Below are positions 50,848 to 63,285 of a DNA stretch of 64,000 nucleotides, one piece after another. The DNA lies in assembly GCA_047495785.1 (NCBI GenBank), contig JBLDXI010000046.1, positions 1,116,001 to 1,180,000 on the forward strand, written 5' to 3'. Numbering within the stretch: position 1 is the stretch's first letter; every line of letters begins with the position of its first letter. The translations under genes and the position numbers were made by a program. The stretch is from Lepidodermella squamata (taxonomy: Eukaryota; Animalia; Gastrotricha). Below the pieces are notes generated by a model. It saw nothing but the letters and a program-made list of their open reading frames with translations. It made no database searches and was not told the DNA's origin.

Positions 50848-52937
50848 TTATTCAAAAACACCATTAATCTCAAAAAGACGGACAAAATCGCCAAGTTTCA
50901 TTCTCTTAGCTATCTCTAGAGGAGTAATACTGGCAACACCAGTCTTAATATCGGAACATTTAATGGTAGCAAGATGGGGAAATTTTTTCAAAAACTCTTC
51001 CACGCCTTCCTTCCAATTGTAAGCCACGGCAATATGCAAAATAGTCGTGTTGTTGAAAGAAGGGTCAGTTGTCAGTGGTGAAGAGCCCTTGGAAATGAAG
51101 AATTCAACCATTTTCAAATTCCGGTTTCGAGCAGCTAAAATGAGAGGTGAACGGCCATGCAAGTCAATTACATTAATCGAAGCCTTAAATTCTTCGACCA
51201 GCATTTTTGCAGTATCAATGTGATAGTTGCGCTTCGCCGAAATATGGATAGCAGAATATAGCTTTTTCTCGACGATAATTTGCCGAGCATAATTAGGGTA
51301 GAACCTTAGAATAGCCCGGGCAACGTCGGTTTTACCTCGTCGAACAGCCTCGACAAAACCTCTTCTGATTAAACCTGAATCATCAGTATATCCCTCCTTC
51401 GCAGCAATTTCGAGAAGGAATTTAACAATTTCACCATTGCCGTTAATAACTGCCTCATAAAACATGTTAATTGCTGCTCCGTCAATATAATTTTGTTCAA
51501 ATATCAGCGAGATTGCGATTTCATTTTCTGGAACAGGAAATTGAGAGATTGAACCCTGCACCGCTTGCAAATTATTTTCCGAAATTTCTCGATAGATTTG
51601 GCGAATGAGCGCGTGCTCCTAATATCAGTTAAATAAGAATTACAAATCAATGAGAAAATCGACCAAGCAAGAAACAACGAACTTTGTCAATTTTTTCGTC
51701 TATTTCGTCCTCCCTATCAGCCAGTACGACATTCAATGAATTAATTTCTTTTAAAACATCTTTGAAATCGAATCTTAGGTTATCACAGCTGAAAGCGACG
51801 TGGCCAATATATGACGATGTCTCACTCGCCTGGAAAATCCACCTTAAAAATTAGAAAATAAAGTAACTCGAGATATTTCTTACATTTTCCCACTCAGTTT
51901 CCATGCGCGACAACAAGTCGGCGATTTCGTCAAATTCTAAGGTCAAAACAGATTTCGATGCGATTTCTTTCGCCTCGCCGATAACACTTCGATCGATTGC
52001 GATCGATTCGTTATCAGTAACTCGCATTCGCATTTTTTCTTCCGCCACCGATATTTGTCGATCCCACCTAGCTTTCGCGTTTTCCAGAAATTTCGAAAAT
52101 TCGGATGATAGGAAAGCGACGAAATCGTTCACTTTCTTTTTAGCATTTTTGACGTCGCATTCGATTTCCACAAGTCGACAATCCCGAGTTTCTTTACTCG
52201 TCACATCGGCCACGTGGTTAGTTATCTGATTTCCACGAAAAAAAATCAGGAATTGAGTTGGCGTCAAGCTTCCCAAAACATATGGTCCAAAAATGTTCCC
52301 AACAATTAATTTTTGTAGAGGGAATTTTTCAATCAGTTTTGTGGCGCAGTCAATATATTTCGATACAAATAAAGTAAAATAAAAGTATACCTGCATTTCC
52401 AATGACATTATTTTGTTTTTCATTTTTTCGGCGTGTAAGAATTTGCATCCTTCGCAAAATTCCTGACCGCAATGTTTGCACTTTTCTGGATTTTGCGACA
52501 AGGCCAGGTGAATACACCGATCTTTCGGGTTTGGTCCTGGTAGAGATTTTAAAGAGGAATCTTTGACGGAATCAATCGCCCGGGCCAGTGGAAAATTTTT
52601 GATCAAAACTGATCAAAAAATAAATAAATTCAATAGTCATCGACAAATTCGAAAAGACAACTTATTGGATCGCCGTTCGGAACTTTGGATGCCGCTCGAC
52701 ATTCCGGGCATTCAACGGAGCCTTTAGTTTTCGATGCTTGGCAAATACGGTGTATGCATTTGAGGCAGAAAGAATGGCCGCAAGTCGGCAAATTACGTGG
52801 ATCTATGTAAAATTCATGGCAGATCGAACAGGATAGCGACTGGATGAAAGAAAAATTATTGCATATTTCGAACATTTCCAACCACCAACCTTCTCAACTT
52901 CACTCATTTTTCGCTGCTTCTGAGGTGGTGAACTCAT
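50848..52937 (-). CDS. TRIM-ANK gene I
   Basis: MSSPPQKQRKMSEVEK; RING 52630..52881; B-box and coiled coil in 51851..52606; ankyrin 50848..51570. Confidence 0.88.
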
Positions 52938-53026
52938 TTTTATTCAAATTATTTCTAAAATTGGAAATTTATTGCTTAAGATTCAAACAAAATGGCCGAA
53001 ACTGATAATAAAACAACAAAAAAGAG

Positions 53027-55202
53027 TTATTCGAAAATTCCTGAAAGCTCGAAGATCTTGACAATTTCGTCACGCTTCAGCGATTTCGCCAAAGCTAAAG
53101 GAGTGCAATTTTCCCGATTTTTCATGCCAGCAAGTTGCGGGAACTTTTCGAAGAAAAATTCGACACCTTCTTTCCAGTCCTCACCAACAGCGATATGCAA
53201 CAAATTTCCATCTAGATAGGACATATCAATGACGAAAGGACTGAGGCCTTTTGAGATCAAATATTTGACAGTGGGCAGACTGCCGCGTCGAGCAGCTAAA
53301 ACCAGCGCGTTTCTTCGATTTTTATCAACCGCATTGATCGGAGAAGCGAATTCTTCTGCCAGCATTTTTACACATTCCTCTGTGTAATTTCTCTTTGCAG
53401 CATAGAGTAGCGCAGTGTAGCCTTTCCTTACGTCGATGATACATTTCGCGAAAACCGGATAATAAGACAAGATAACTCGAACGACTTCCGACTGGTATTT
53501 TTTGATGGCGTCGATCAAACCTTGCCGAACCATATAAAACTTTTGTTTACTTTCGTCGTAGGCAGTAATTTTGAAAAAATAATCCACAACATCAGCCCGG
53601 CCTTTGGCAATAGCTTCGTCGAACAAAGTCCCTTCGCCCTCGACTTGAGCTAAATGCTCGTCGAAAATCGGCGACATGAAGTCCGTGTCCGGTGGTGGGA
53701 ATTTTGAATGAATAGCTTTGACCTCATCCAAGGTTCCAGATGAAATGGCTTTGTATAGCTGAATTGTCAAAGCAGATTCCTGTAAAATAAAAATAAAATA
53801 AAAAAAAATTCGGCGAAAATTATTATATTTTCTCGTATAATAATTTTCAAGCGAGAGTGCCTTACACAGAGGCAAAATGTGAAAATTTAAAATAATCGAG
53901 AAAAAAATTCAAGAAAAAAGGTGAATTTTTTTTTATTAGGCTAAAACACTCAACCAACTCAAATTTTCGTGGTAAAAAATGATAAATTGACAAACTTGAT
54001 CATTTTCTTCTTTGTTGTACCACTCATCACGTTGCAATGAAACATCCAATTTTTCCATCTCTTGCAGAAAATTTGAAAGCTTGACTTTGGTAGTAGCACA
54101 ACCAAACGAATTATGGCCAACGAATTCCGAGCGGTGACAAATATCCTTAATTTAAAAACATTTTCAGGGATAGTTTTATTTCCAAATTTGTGAAAAATCT
54201 ACATTTTTCCAAATTTGGTCGATTTCAAGTCGCAAATTTGCCACGTCGTCTAATTTTACGTCCAACACCGACTTGGCAGCGATTTCTTGAGCTTCGAGCA
54301 ACACAGCTTCGTCGACTTTGAAATCCAGATCTTGCTCAATTTTTAGCCGCATTGCTTCCGAATTCTCCGCGATCTGCTGCTTCCACTTGGCCCTGGCTTG
54401 TTCGATCGATTTCAAACCTTCAGACAGGACAAATTCCGCAAATTCATCAACTTTTACGTTAGCTTTCTGAGCATCAGCCTCAACTTCAGCGAGACGTGAC
54501 TCAAATTTCGACCGATCATTTAAATCGTTGACATGATCGATGATCTATAATGGCAACGGAAAAATGTGTAAATTTCAAAAAAAGACATTTAAAGGCAGAT
54601 TTTTAGGCTTATCATTTCTGGATTTCTATAATAGAAATGTACCTCTTTCGAAAATTTTGCAATTTCCTTTTTCAGTTTTTCAGCGTGTAAAAAGCGGCAC
54701 CCCTCACAAAACTGCCGATTGCAATGTTTGCAAAATTCAGGGTTAGCTGAAACTGCCAAGTGAATACAGCGGTCTTTTTCTGAGCTATAAAACGGGTAAC
54801 GCAATTCAGTTGCTTTCTCGGCTTCTTTCAGGGATTCCACAGTTCGGGCCAGCGGAAAATTTCGCGATAATTCTATATAAAAAAACAAATGGTAGCACAA
54901 ATTCCAGGAAAATTCGAGGCTATACTCTTTACGTCGCCCTTAGGAATCGTTGAGACAACCCGACATTCTGGACATTCAACGAAAGTCTTATTCGCCCGAA
55001 CTTGAACGACGAGGTGCAGACATTTGAGACAGAAAGCGTGGCCACAGGCAGGTAAGTTTCGGGGATCCAGGTAGAGCTCGTAGCAGACCGGGCAAGATAA
55101 GGACTGAAAAAACAATTTTGAACTTGGAATTTATTTTACCAATTTTTTTTAAACCTCTTTGACATTGTTGAGTTTCCGAAGCTTGGAAGGAGGAGCGCTC
55201 AT
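53027..55202 (-). CDS. TRIM-ANK gene J (closest to gene D)
   Basis: MSAPPSKLRKLNNVKE; RING 54873..55115; B-box 54589..54900; coiled coil ~54200-54545; ankyrin exon ~53780-53027. Confidence 0.88.
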
Positions 55203-55509
55203 TTTTTCGACTGAAGTGTTTCCCGAGCGTAAGCAAGTCAAAATTCAAGTCTAATGACAAATTCAAGAAGTTCAAATTTAGCTTACAAGCTTAGAGATCA
55301 AGGAAATCACGCGGAACGTATTAAATTCGGATCGCACCGAACACTTTCGAATATTAGACGATAAATTTAAAAAATTGCAAGTATAATCCAAAACGGTAAG
55401 AGACAGATCCAGAAAATAATAAAATGTCCTAAAAATTGCCTTTATTCAAATGAAATAAAAACTTACTAACAAACGAGGGGCAAAGATCGGCCTAATCAGC
55501 TGAATCTTA

Positions 55510-58500
55510 TTAATCGTGAATTTCAAAATCGAAATCACAATAATTCAAAAATTCTTGCAAAATCACCGGAATCTCGAGACTCTTAATAGCGTTTTGACGT
55601 TTTTTCAGACCAAACGGTAAACATCGAGTAATTGTTGATCGAGCCAAACTCTGAAGTGATTTGGGATAAAAATTAGGAAGCTTTCCCAAAAATGAGGCTA
55701 AACCATTGCGAAATCTATCGTCAAGGCCACTCAAAATGGAAGTTAAGTTACGACAATCAAAGTTTTCAAGATTCAGAAATTCCAAGGCATAGTTAACGTA
55801 TTTCGATTGAGATCCAGGGTGGTCAGAGAGAAGTGATACATGATAAGTGAATAAGTCAATATCGTCTTCAGAAATCAAACCATCGTTGCTTCGAAAACCA
55901 GCTCGAAGCATCGGTAAGAGGGCATATTTAAGGGTGCGTTCCGCAGTTCTGAAAAATAAAGTTTCATCTTCACCACCCCACGGAAGTGCGAAATAGTCGG
56001 AATAAATTGAAAACCAGCTGATCGTTCGGCTGCGTGAAGCCCGGCAGTACCGCTCGATAATATCAGGATTATAGCGGATTGCTGGCAACATGCTTAAAAT
56101 GTTGTTTTCAAAATATTCCTGGTCTTCGGTTATTGGAATTTCCGACGCATTTTCGGCCATTGTCTCCAAAAAACTGTTGCAGTTGTCCGTGGTTTGACCC
56201 ATATACAACGAGTCCAATCCTTCGTCTTCGAAAAGCCGTGACATCATGTCTAAATTCAAAGAAAATTTGTTCATATATTTATTTAAAAATTACAAATAGA
56301 TTAGACTTGATTCAAAATTAAAATGTATTATGATTTCGCATCTCGATAATGACTGAGTACTCATTTTAATTGGTTTCATTCGTCTTTTTTAACAAACCCT
56401 ATCGTATTTATGTTTCGGCCCAACTTCATCGTTTCAGTAGAGCTGAATAAGGCTCAACGTCTCGAGCATTCGCAAACTTTATGGATTTTTCGGCGGCTCT
56501 GATTGAAGCCCTTAAACCGAACACAGAGGTCAATTTAGTGCAATCTTCAGTGAGCAATTTCGTTCCAAACTTTGAAATTCTTTCCGGCGCTGAGCGTTGT
56601 ACCGTTAACATCCATCAAGTTGATCATATGGCCGAAAATGTTGACACGTTCGGTCTTCTATATAAACACAGCACTTTCGATTTCGAAAGCAAAGCCGGCC
56701 AAATGGTCCGCTACCTGACAAGTGACAACGGGGTGATTTCGCATACCTTCTTTCAGAGCTACTAATAATCGCAGCTTCCTTCGCTTCTCTTTTCTTGGAC
56801 CAGCACTTAACATTGATGATCGATGCTCGAGAGAGGCTAAGCAAATTGACGAGAGGAATTTGCCAGCTTGAAACAAACAAATCAGCGTTGCTGCTAATGA
56901 CTACCTTCATATCGGCCCCAAGACCTTCGGCAAGGTTAAATACTTCATTTGCGTCAAAATGCTACATACATTAAAGCGATAAAATTCACCGGTAAGCTCT
57001 GTCGAGGCGTTTGGGTTACGCCTCGATCCGCGAACAAGCCAAGGCCATATACAAACAGCGGCGCACACCGGGAACATTTTGCCGACTCAATGATTGAAGC
57101 GGGCTACAGCGAGGCGGAAAAAAACTTGCTCAATATTTCTCCACCTTAAAATTTATTTTCAGAAGACTCGCGGCTTTAGCGGGCGGTGGCCCCAACAAAG
57201 CAATCGACAGCGGTGCGTTGACGTTCGAAGACATTGGAAGTGAGCGCCTATCCGTTCAATTGGACCTTTACTGATTTCAGTAACCAGTCTTGAAATTTCG
57301 TCGTTGAAATTGACGGCGCTGAATTATGACTGCACTGGCCGGACTCTGTTGCGTAAATCGTATGAGCATATTTGGTGTTTACTCCGCAATCCATCGAGTA
57401 AGTTAGATTCGCCTACTATTTTTTTTGGAAATTACGACATCCTGGTCGCCCCTTCCGTCAGACGAGGTGAGTTTAAACACGGCGGCTTTGACGGTTGCGG
57501 TTGCCGTCATCAGAAACTAGGGCGTGACACATGGTTTACCCCTCCTCCCTGATTTGCTTGCTGTCGCCAAACTACAAGTCCCAAAAGTTCCCAAAACAAA
57601 CTCCGTTTATTCCTAAAACCTAAAATCAAACCAAGAATGCACATCGATGCACAGCCTTATTTCCTCACATTTTTGAACATTTGAAGTCAGTACCCGAAAG
57701 AGCTGAAATCGTGAAGAATGAGAGGAAAGATATCACTACCAGCCAGAAAGTGCGACACAACGCGTTAACTTTACCAATTCTTCAGCGGCAAAGCTCTACT
57801 GGGAAAATTCCGATTCCACGTTTTATCAGCCATTTTTCGCAAAAATCATGTCCCGTGATCGCTTCAAACAAATTGTCCGTTTCCCAGACACCACAAGAAA
57901 CCTCGCCGCCCTACCTCGAAATGACCCCGTCATTCAAAAGATACACAAGGTGCGGGCGTTTTTCGAACGCTTCATCTACCCTACTTCGTGAAAATCATTC
58001 CGTGCTATCAGCTAACGAAGATCAACATATTTCAGCTGTTGGAAGAGATGACATTTTTATTCGATGAAGAAAACCACATCCCCGGCGAATTTGAAATGGA
58101 CTCGGTGACCACAGAAGTTTGACCGACTTGAACTTTGAGTTGGACTCAGATGCGAAAGCGTATCGTCTTACGTCTCGTCCACAGTTTTGAAAGAAGACTC
58201 ACAGGGTTGGTCGCTACAGTCAGCCCGTCGTCGATTTGACTCAACAAGTACCTCGAACCTCGAGTATCTCAAGTGTCGGTTTAACTTACGGCAGACAACT
58301 CTACATGCATCAGAAAATTCGAAAATTTGCGCCAGATCAGTTGAAAGATATGCCCAACGCCTGTGATCCCAATCCTCGATTCTTGCTCCCTTTTCGACTG
58401 ATTCAAATATAATTAGATGGCAGCACGCGCTGAAGGTCTAGAATCTAATGTCGCCTCGAGCCACCGGAATGGCATGAAACTAGGCGGAGACTTGGTAAAA

Positions 58501-59587
58501 TCGGTGAGAACGCGATTTCATCCCCAGGGAAGCTGGATTATACCGAAATGGTTACGGCTAATGGTCAAGAATGCTCGCATGCCCATGCTGAGCTGATTCA
58601 TGAAGCCCACGGGCAATCATGTACCGTGGGCAGATTTCGGACTCTTACCAAGTTTGAAAAGAAATTACGAGAGAAAATTACTAAGAGCACTTCCCATTTT
58701 AACCTGCCTCGAGACCTGGCTCGCGAACTCAGACAATTTTTGCTAACCTAGTTGAAATATTCGCCTACCAACACTTTAAAATTTGCAGCGGTCAATTATT
58801 AACAAAAAATCAATTCTGATTTCGAAAGAAAATTATTTGGAGAGATAAGAGATAACTTACGCGATACAAGCTCACAGCCTTCCGCTTTGATGCCATCAGA
58901 TAACAGGTGCGATGCGATGATTAGAGCCACAGGTTGGCGACTTTCAGTATCTTCCAGAAAATCTATCGTAAATCCTCTCCCACGTTCCAGTGCTACAGCT
59001 AGCAAGTGTGACGAAAAGCACGGAGGGAGAACCGATTTTCTGGTTGTGTAGACTATATCAAAATAGTTAGCGCAGTTCAAACAGGTAGAGAGATAAATTG
59101 CGATCGCATCCAAAGGGGTGAACTGCGTCGATGAGACATTTGATTTCGACAAACATTTTTTGAACGAGTCAAATTGGAGCCATGAAAAAATGTTGTAGTC
59201 CTGAAGATCGCAACCCTTAATCGCTATGCTATAACAGCCGAACATGTATGGCAGCAGAAGTTGCGAATTTTGCTCAGCGCAGCATTCCGAAAATGATTTG
59301 TGGTTACATGCGACCAGAGATACCCCTGCCGGGTCATAACCATGAGATTTCATGGCGTCGTCAATTAGCGATTGTAGAGCTTGAGTCATTGAAGCGAGAA
59401 ACTCGGGATTTTCGATCGCACAAGAATTAGCCAAGTTGATCTTGCGACAAACCAACTCGCTATGATCCACCTTAATCAAAGGATTCTGACACAAAAAAGC
59501 TTTAGATATAGCAAGTATTCAAGTTACACAAATTACCGGGTCAAATTTCCTTAACTTGGCAACTTTTCGAGGCGGCGAGTCGGACAT
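55510..59587 (-). CDS. SOCS-box protein L (~471 aa): NLS exon, Cys-rich unknown domain, C-terminal SOCS box
   Basis: Exons 59587-59537, 59485-58861 and 56249-55510. The phase-1 donor and acceptor match across the 2.6-kb intron (ELVS-H-MMSRLFED). SOCS box PKSLQSLARSTI...IKSLEIPVILQEFL. Confidence 0.75.
57785..58135 (+). mobile_element. piggyBac remnant plus adjoining sequence, homologous to 61195-61570
   Basis: Shared strings aagctctactgggaaaattc, aaaatcatgtc.cgtgatcgcttcaaacaaat and ccctacttcgtgaaaatcattccgtgctatcagctaacg. Confidence 0.65.
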
Positions 59588-59940
59588 TTTGTAAAAATAA
59601 ATTCTAAATTCAGGCAAATTTGAAGTCGCATCGAAGTGGCTCACGCACTCATAATATTTTGTTGATTCAAATTATGATATTTGGCAGATTCGCGCGATAT
59701 TCGGCGAAAATTATGAGAGAAAGTTTTACTTGTTCGACGAGACATGAAAAGCAGCAATGATATTTTTTACGGTAGGAACGAAATCATATTGGAGTCACAA
59801 GCTCAACGAATAAAATTCGACGGCTAAAAAAAAGAAGAAAAATGTTCGGTAAAAATGTCAGATTTGCCCGAGCATGTTATAAAAAAAATGACTTCATCTA
59901 TAAATCAAACACCGAGAAAACAAGGTCAAATTCAGCTGCA

Positions 59941-62900
59941 TCACTGATCATCAAGTTCAAAATCTAAATCACAATAATTCAAAAATTCTTGCATCTTTGC
60001 TGGAATATCGAGATTCTTAATGGCGTTCTGACGCTTCTTCAGACCAAAGGGTAAACATTGAGTAACTGCCGAGCGAGCACAACTTCGAAGAGTCTTGGGA
60101 TAGAGCTTTGCGAACTTCTTCATAAACTTGCCAGAATCGGCCTTCAATTTTTCATTAAGGTTACGACGTTCAATTTTTTCGAGATTCAGAAATTCCAGAG
60201 CATAATTGACGTATTTCGATTGAGATTCAGGGTAGTCAGAAAGAAGTGAAGCGTGGCGGCTAAATGCATCGATATTAGTAGCTTTAGTCAAACAATCGTT
60301 GCTTCGAAAACCAGCTCGCAGCATTGGTAAAAGCACATATTTAAGGGTGTAATCAACACGCGTCACAAATGAATCTTCATCTTCATCAGCCCAGGCTGGA
60401 CCAGAAAATTCGAAAACCGAAAACCAGCTGATCGTTCGGTTACGAGAAGCTCGGCAGTACCGCTCAATAACACCAGGATGTTGGCAGATCGCCGGTACCA
60501 TGCTCAAAATGTTGCTTTCGAAGTATTCCTGATCTTCCGTTATTGGAATTTCCGAGGCGTTCTTGATCATCGATTCTAAGAAAATGTTGCAGTTGTCCAT
60601 GTTCTCATCGCTGTAACTCTGATCCAATGATTCTTGATCTTCGAAAAGCCGTGACATCATATCTAAAATGCAAAATCAAGTTCAAGAGAATTGCAAATGA
60701 AAAAGTTACTGTAATAGCAAATTGTTGTACATGTTCAATTTTGGACATTCTACGCTTATTCCACCGCACTGTCCCCCAAATGTTTGAACTATAGCTAAAA
60801 ATTAGTTCTGTTCGGGTAAATCCAAGTTTTGACAACTTTCGAAACCATTCCTCTTCAATTTGAACTAGCTGGCCACAAGGAATCGATCAAGTTCGAAATC
60901 ATCGCAAGTCCGCACTACTCTATTGTTCTCGGAATGCCTTGGTTGAAACAGCCAAACCCGAGCATCAATTAGAAAGCTAAACAATGCACTATTCATCTCG
61001 GTATTGTGCCGAATGCTGCCACGTTGAAGATCAGGAAAATTCTCTTACCGGCCGCGTCCTGTTGGGCGGAATTCTTCTAGTGGCCCAGATTATGGCAAAA
61101 TGAATCAAACAACACATGAGTTTTTCCGCCAGCTTGGTACCGACCAGGCCGCCGAAAGGTGCCACATAACGCTTGAACTTCATCAATTTGCCAACGGCAA
61201 AGCTCTACTGGGAAAATTCAGATCCAATGCTCTACCAACCGGTTTTCGCAAAAATCATGTCTCGTGATCGCTTCAAACAAATCGTCTGTTTCCTACACAC
61301 CGCAAACAACAAAGATGCCCTGCCTCGAAATGACCCCGTCATTCAAAAGATCTGCCCTACTTCGTGAAAATCATTCCGTGCTATCAGCTAACGGAGATCG
61401 AAGTATTTGAGCTTTGGGAAGAAATTACATTTTTATTCGATGAAGAAACCCACATCCCCGGCGAATTTGAGATGGACTCGGTGACTACAGAAGGTACGAG
61501 TTTGGCCGTCTTGAACTTGGACCCCGTCATTGAAAAGATACACAAGGCGCGGGCGTTTCTCGAACGTTAACTAGATGCCTGAATCGCTAATTTCGAAATC
61601 AGATCAGAGGTTGTCGTTGACGAGCAAATGGCGGCCTTCAAAGGCCGAACCACACTCAAGCAGTATATGCCGATAAAGCCAGTGAAGCGCGGTCTCAAGT
61701 TTCTCGCCTTGGCTTTGCCTCCAATTGGCTACATCTTTCGTTCGCTGCTCTACGGCTGGAAATGCAACCAAGTTATTCTTTCCTCGCAATTTTCTATTTT
61801 ATGTTTTCTCAAAGTAAGCAACGGAACTTGGTCGGCCAAGTGAATCGTTTGGCGATTGGCTACGGCAATTAGCGGTTGCGGCGGATTATTTGCAAGAATA
61901 ACTGTAAAATCCTGTCTCATGGCACAAGAGCGCCTAAAACTAGAATTCAGTCCAGAAGAATTTGAGACGTATAACATGAACGGTTACAAGGCAGGCTGTG
62001 GCTAAACATACTTTCCCGACCTGAAAGTATTTTCAGACTAAGAACTCGGTTTTCTCTCAACAGCGAGTATTTTTTACTCTGGAATACCATTTTTGCCTTC
62101 GAGGAAGTGAGAATTTGAAGCAACTAACCAAGAATTCGTTTGTCTTTATCACCGAACCAGACGGCCGTGAAGCAGTGACCTGCTATTAGACAAATTCTAC
62201 AAATCCGCCCCCGACGGCCGTGGCCGAAACAAGCGTTACTACATTGGTTCATTTGATGGTAAAGAGCGTTGCCCGGTCGAAGCTATTCGGTTCTATTTTC
62301 AACATTTTTCACCTGATCCTGACAATTTTTCGCAATTTTCTCTCTGATTTTCCTTTGACTGGACAAAAAGGTAAGGTATGAGTGCAAGAAATACCAAATT
62401 AAAAGACGGATTGCCCAAATTTATCACACTACAATTTAATCGCCCTCTCCAAATTAAAAAAAGAGAAAATGCTAGCTGAACTTACGAGATACAAGCTCCG
62501 AGCCTTCCGATTTGATGCCATCCGCTAAAAGGTGCTCTGCTATGGTGAAAGCAACATCTTGGCGACTGACAGAATCTTCAAGAAAATCGATGGAAAAGCC
62601 CTTCGAACGATCCAGGGCAACAGCCAGCAGGTGGGACGAAAAGCACTCAGGAAGGACTGATTTCTTGGCTGAGTAAACCATTTCGAAATGATCAGAGCAG
62701 TTCAAACAAGCGGACAGGTATAGCGCAATCGCATCCAACGGTGTGAATTGCGCCAATGTAGCTTTCGATTCCGCAGTCCATTGCCTTATCGAGCAATACT
62801 GCAGCCATGAAAAAACGTGCGAGTCCAATAGATCATAACTCTCAACCACAATTCGATGGCAGCCGAACATGTAAGGAAGCAGGAGTTGCGAATTTTTGAG

Positions 62901-63208
62901 AGCGCAGCATTCAGAAAATGATTTGTGGCTACATGTGACCAGAGAAATCTCCTTGGGGTCACAGCCATGAGATTTCACAGAATCGACGATTAGCGATTGG
63001 AGAACTCGAGGGATTGAAGCTAGAAACTCAGGATTTTCAATCGAACAAGAATCGGCCGACTTGCTGTTGCGGCAACCCAAATCACTATGATCCACCTTAA
63101 TCAAAGGATTCTGAAAAAAATCGGAATATTAGGGTGAAATTAACATATCAAAAATACCTGGTCACGTTTGCATAATTTTGAAATTTTTCGAGGCGGCGAG
63201 TCAGACAT
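59941..63208 (-). CDS. SOCS-box protein M (~465 aa), tandem paralogue of L
   Basis: Exons 63208-63158, 63110-62486 and 60662-59941. Exon 1 (51 nt), exon 2 (625 nt) and all phases are the same as in L. SOCS box PKTLRSCARSAV...IKNLDIPAKMQEFL. Confidence 0.75.
60915..60975 (+). mobile_element. Ty3/gypsy protease-region fragment
   Basis: IVLGMPWLKQPNPSIN motif. Confidence 0.55.
61173..61760 (+). mobile_element. piggyBac transposase remnant
   Basis: MSRDRFKQIVCFLH; DEQMAAFKGRTTLKQYMPIKPVKRGLKF...GYI. Confidence 0.85.
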
Positions 63209-63285
63209 TTTTTATTAGAAAAATTCTAGGAAACAAAATCATGAACAATTTAAGCTATTAACAATTTAAAGTTAAGCTAGAACAA

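Noticed and set aside
8574-52229. Numerous plus-strand ORFs overlapping the TRIM-ANK exons (e.g. 8574..8891, 18914..19324, 28476..28934, 51903..52229)
   Set aside because: Antisense shadows of the minus-strand coding exons with no independent motifs.
56481-57552. Plus-strand ORFs inside intron 2 of gene L
   Set aside because: Interrupted by stops and no family recognised; may be a decayed insert but cannot be supported as a gene.
58799-59494. Treating this ORF (and 62472..63104) as a stand-alone gene
   Set aside because: Paralogue similarity ends exactly at a GTAAGT donor whose phase matches the SOCS-box exon, so these ORFs are better modelled as exon 2.
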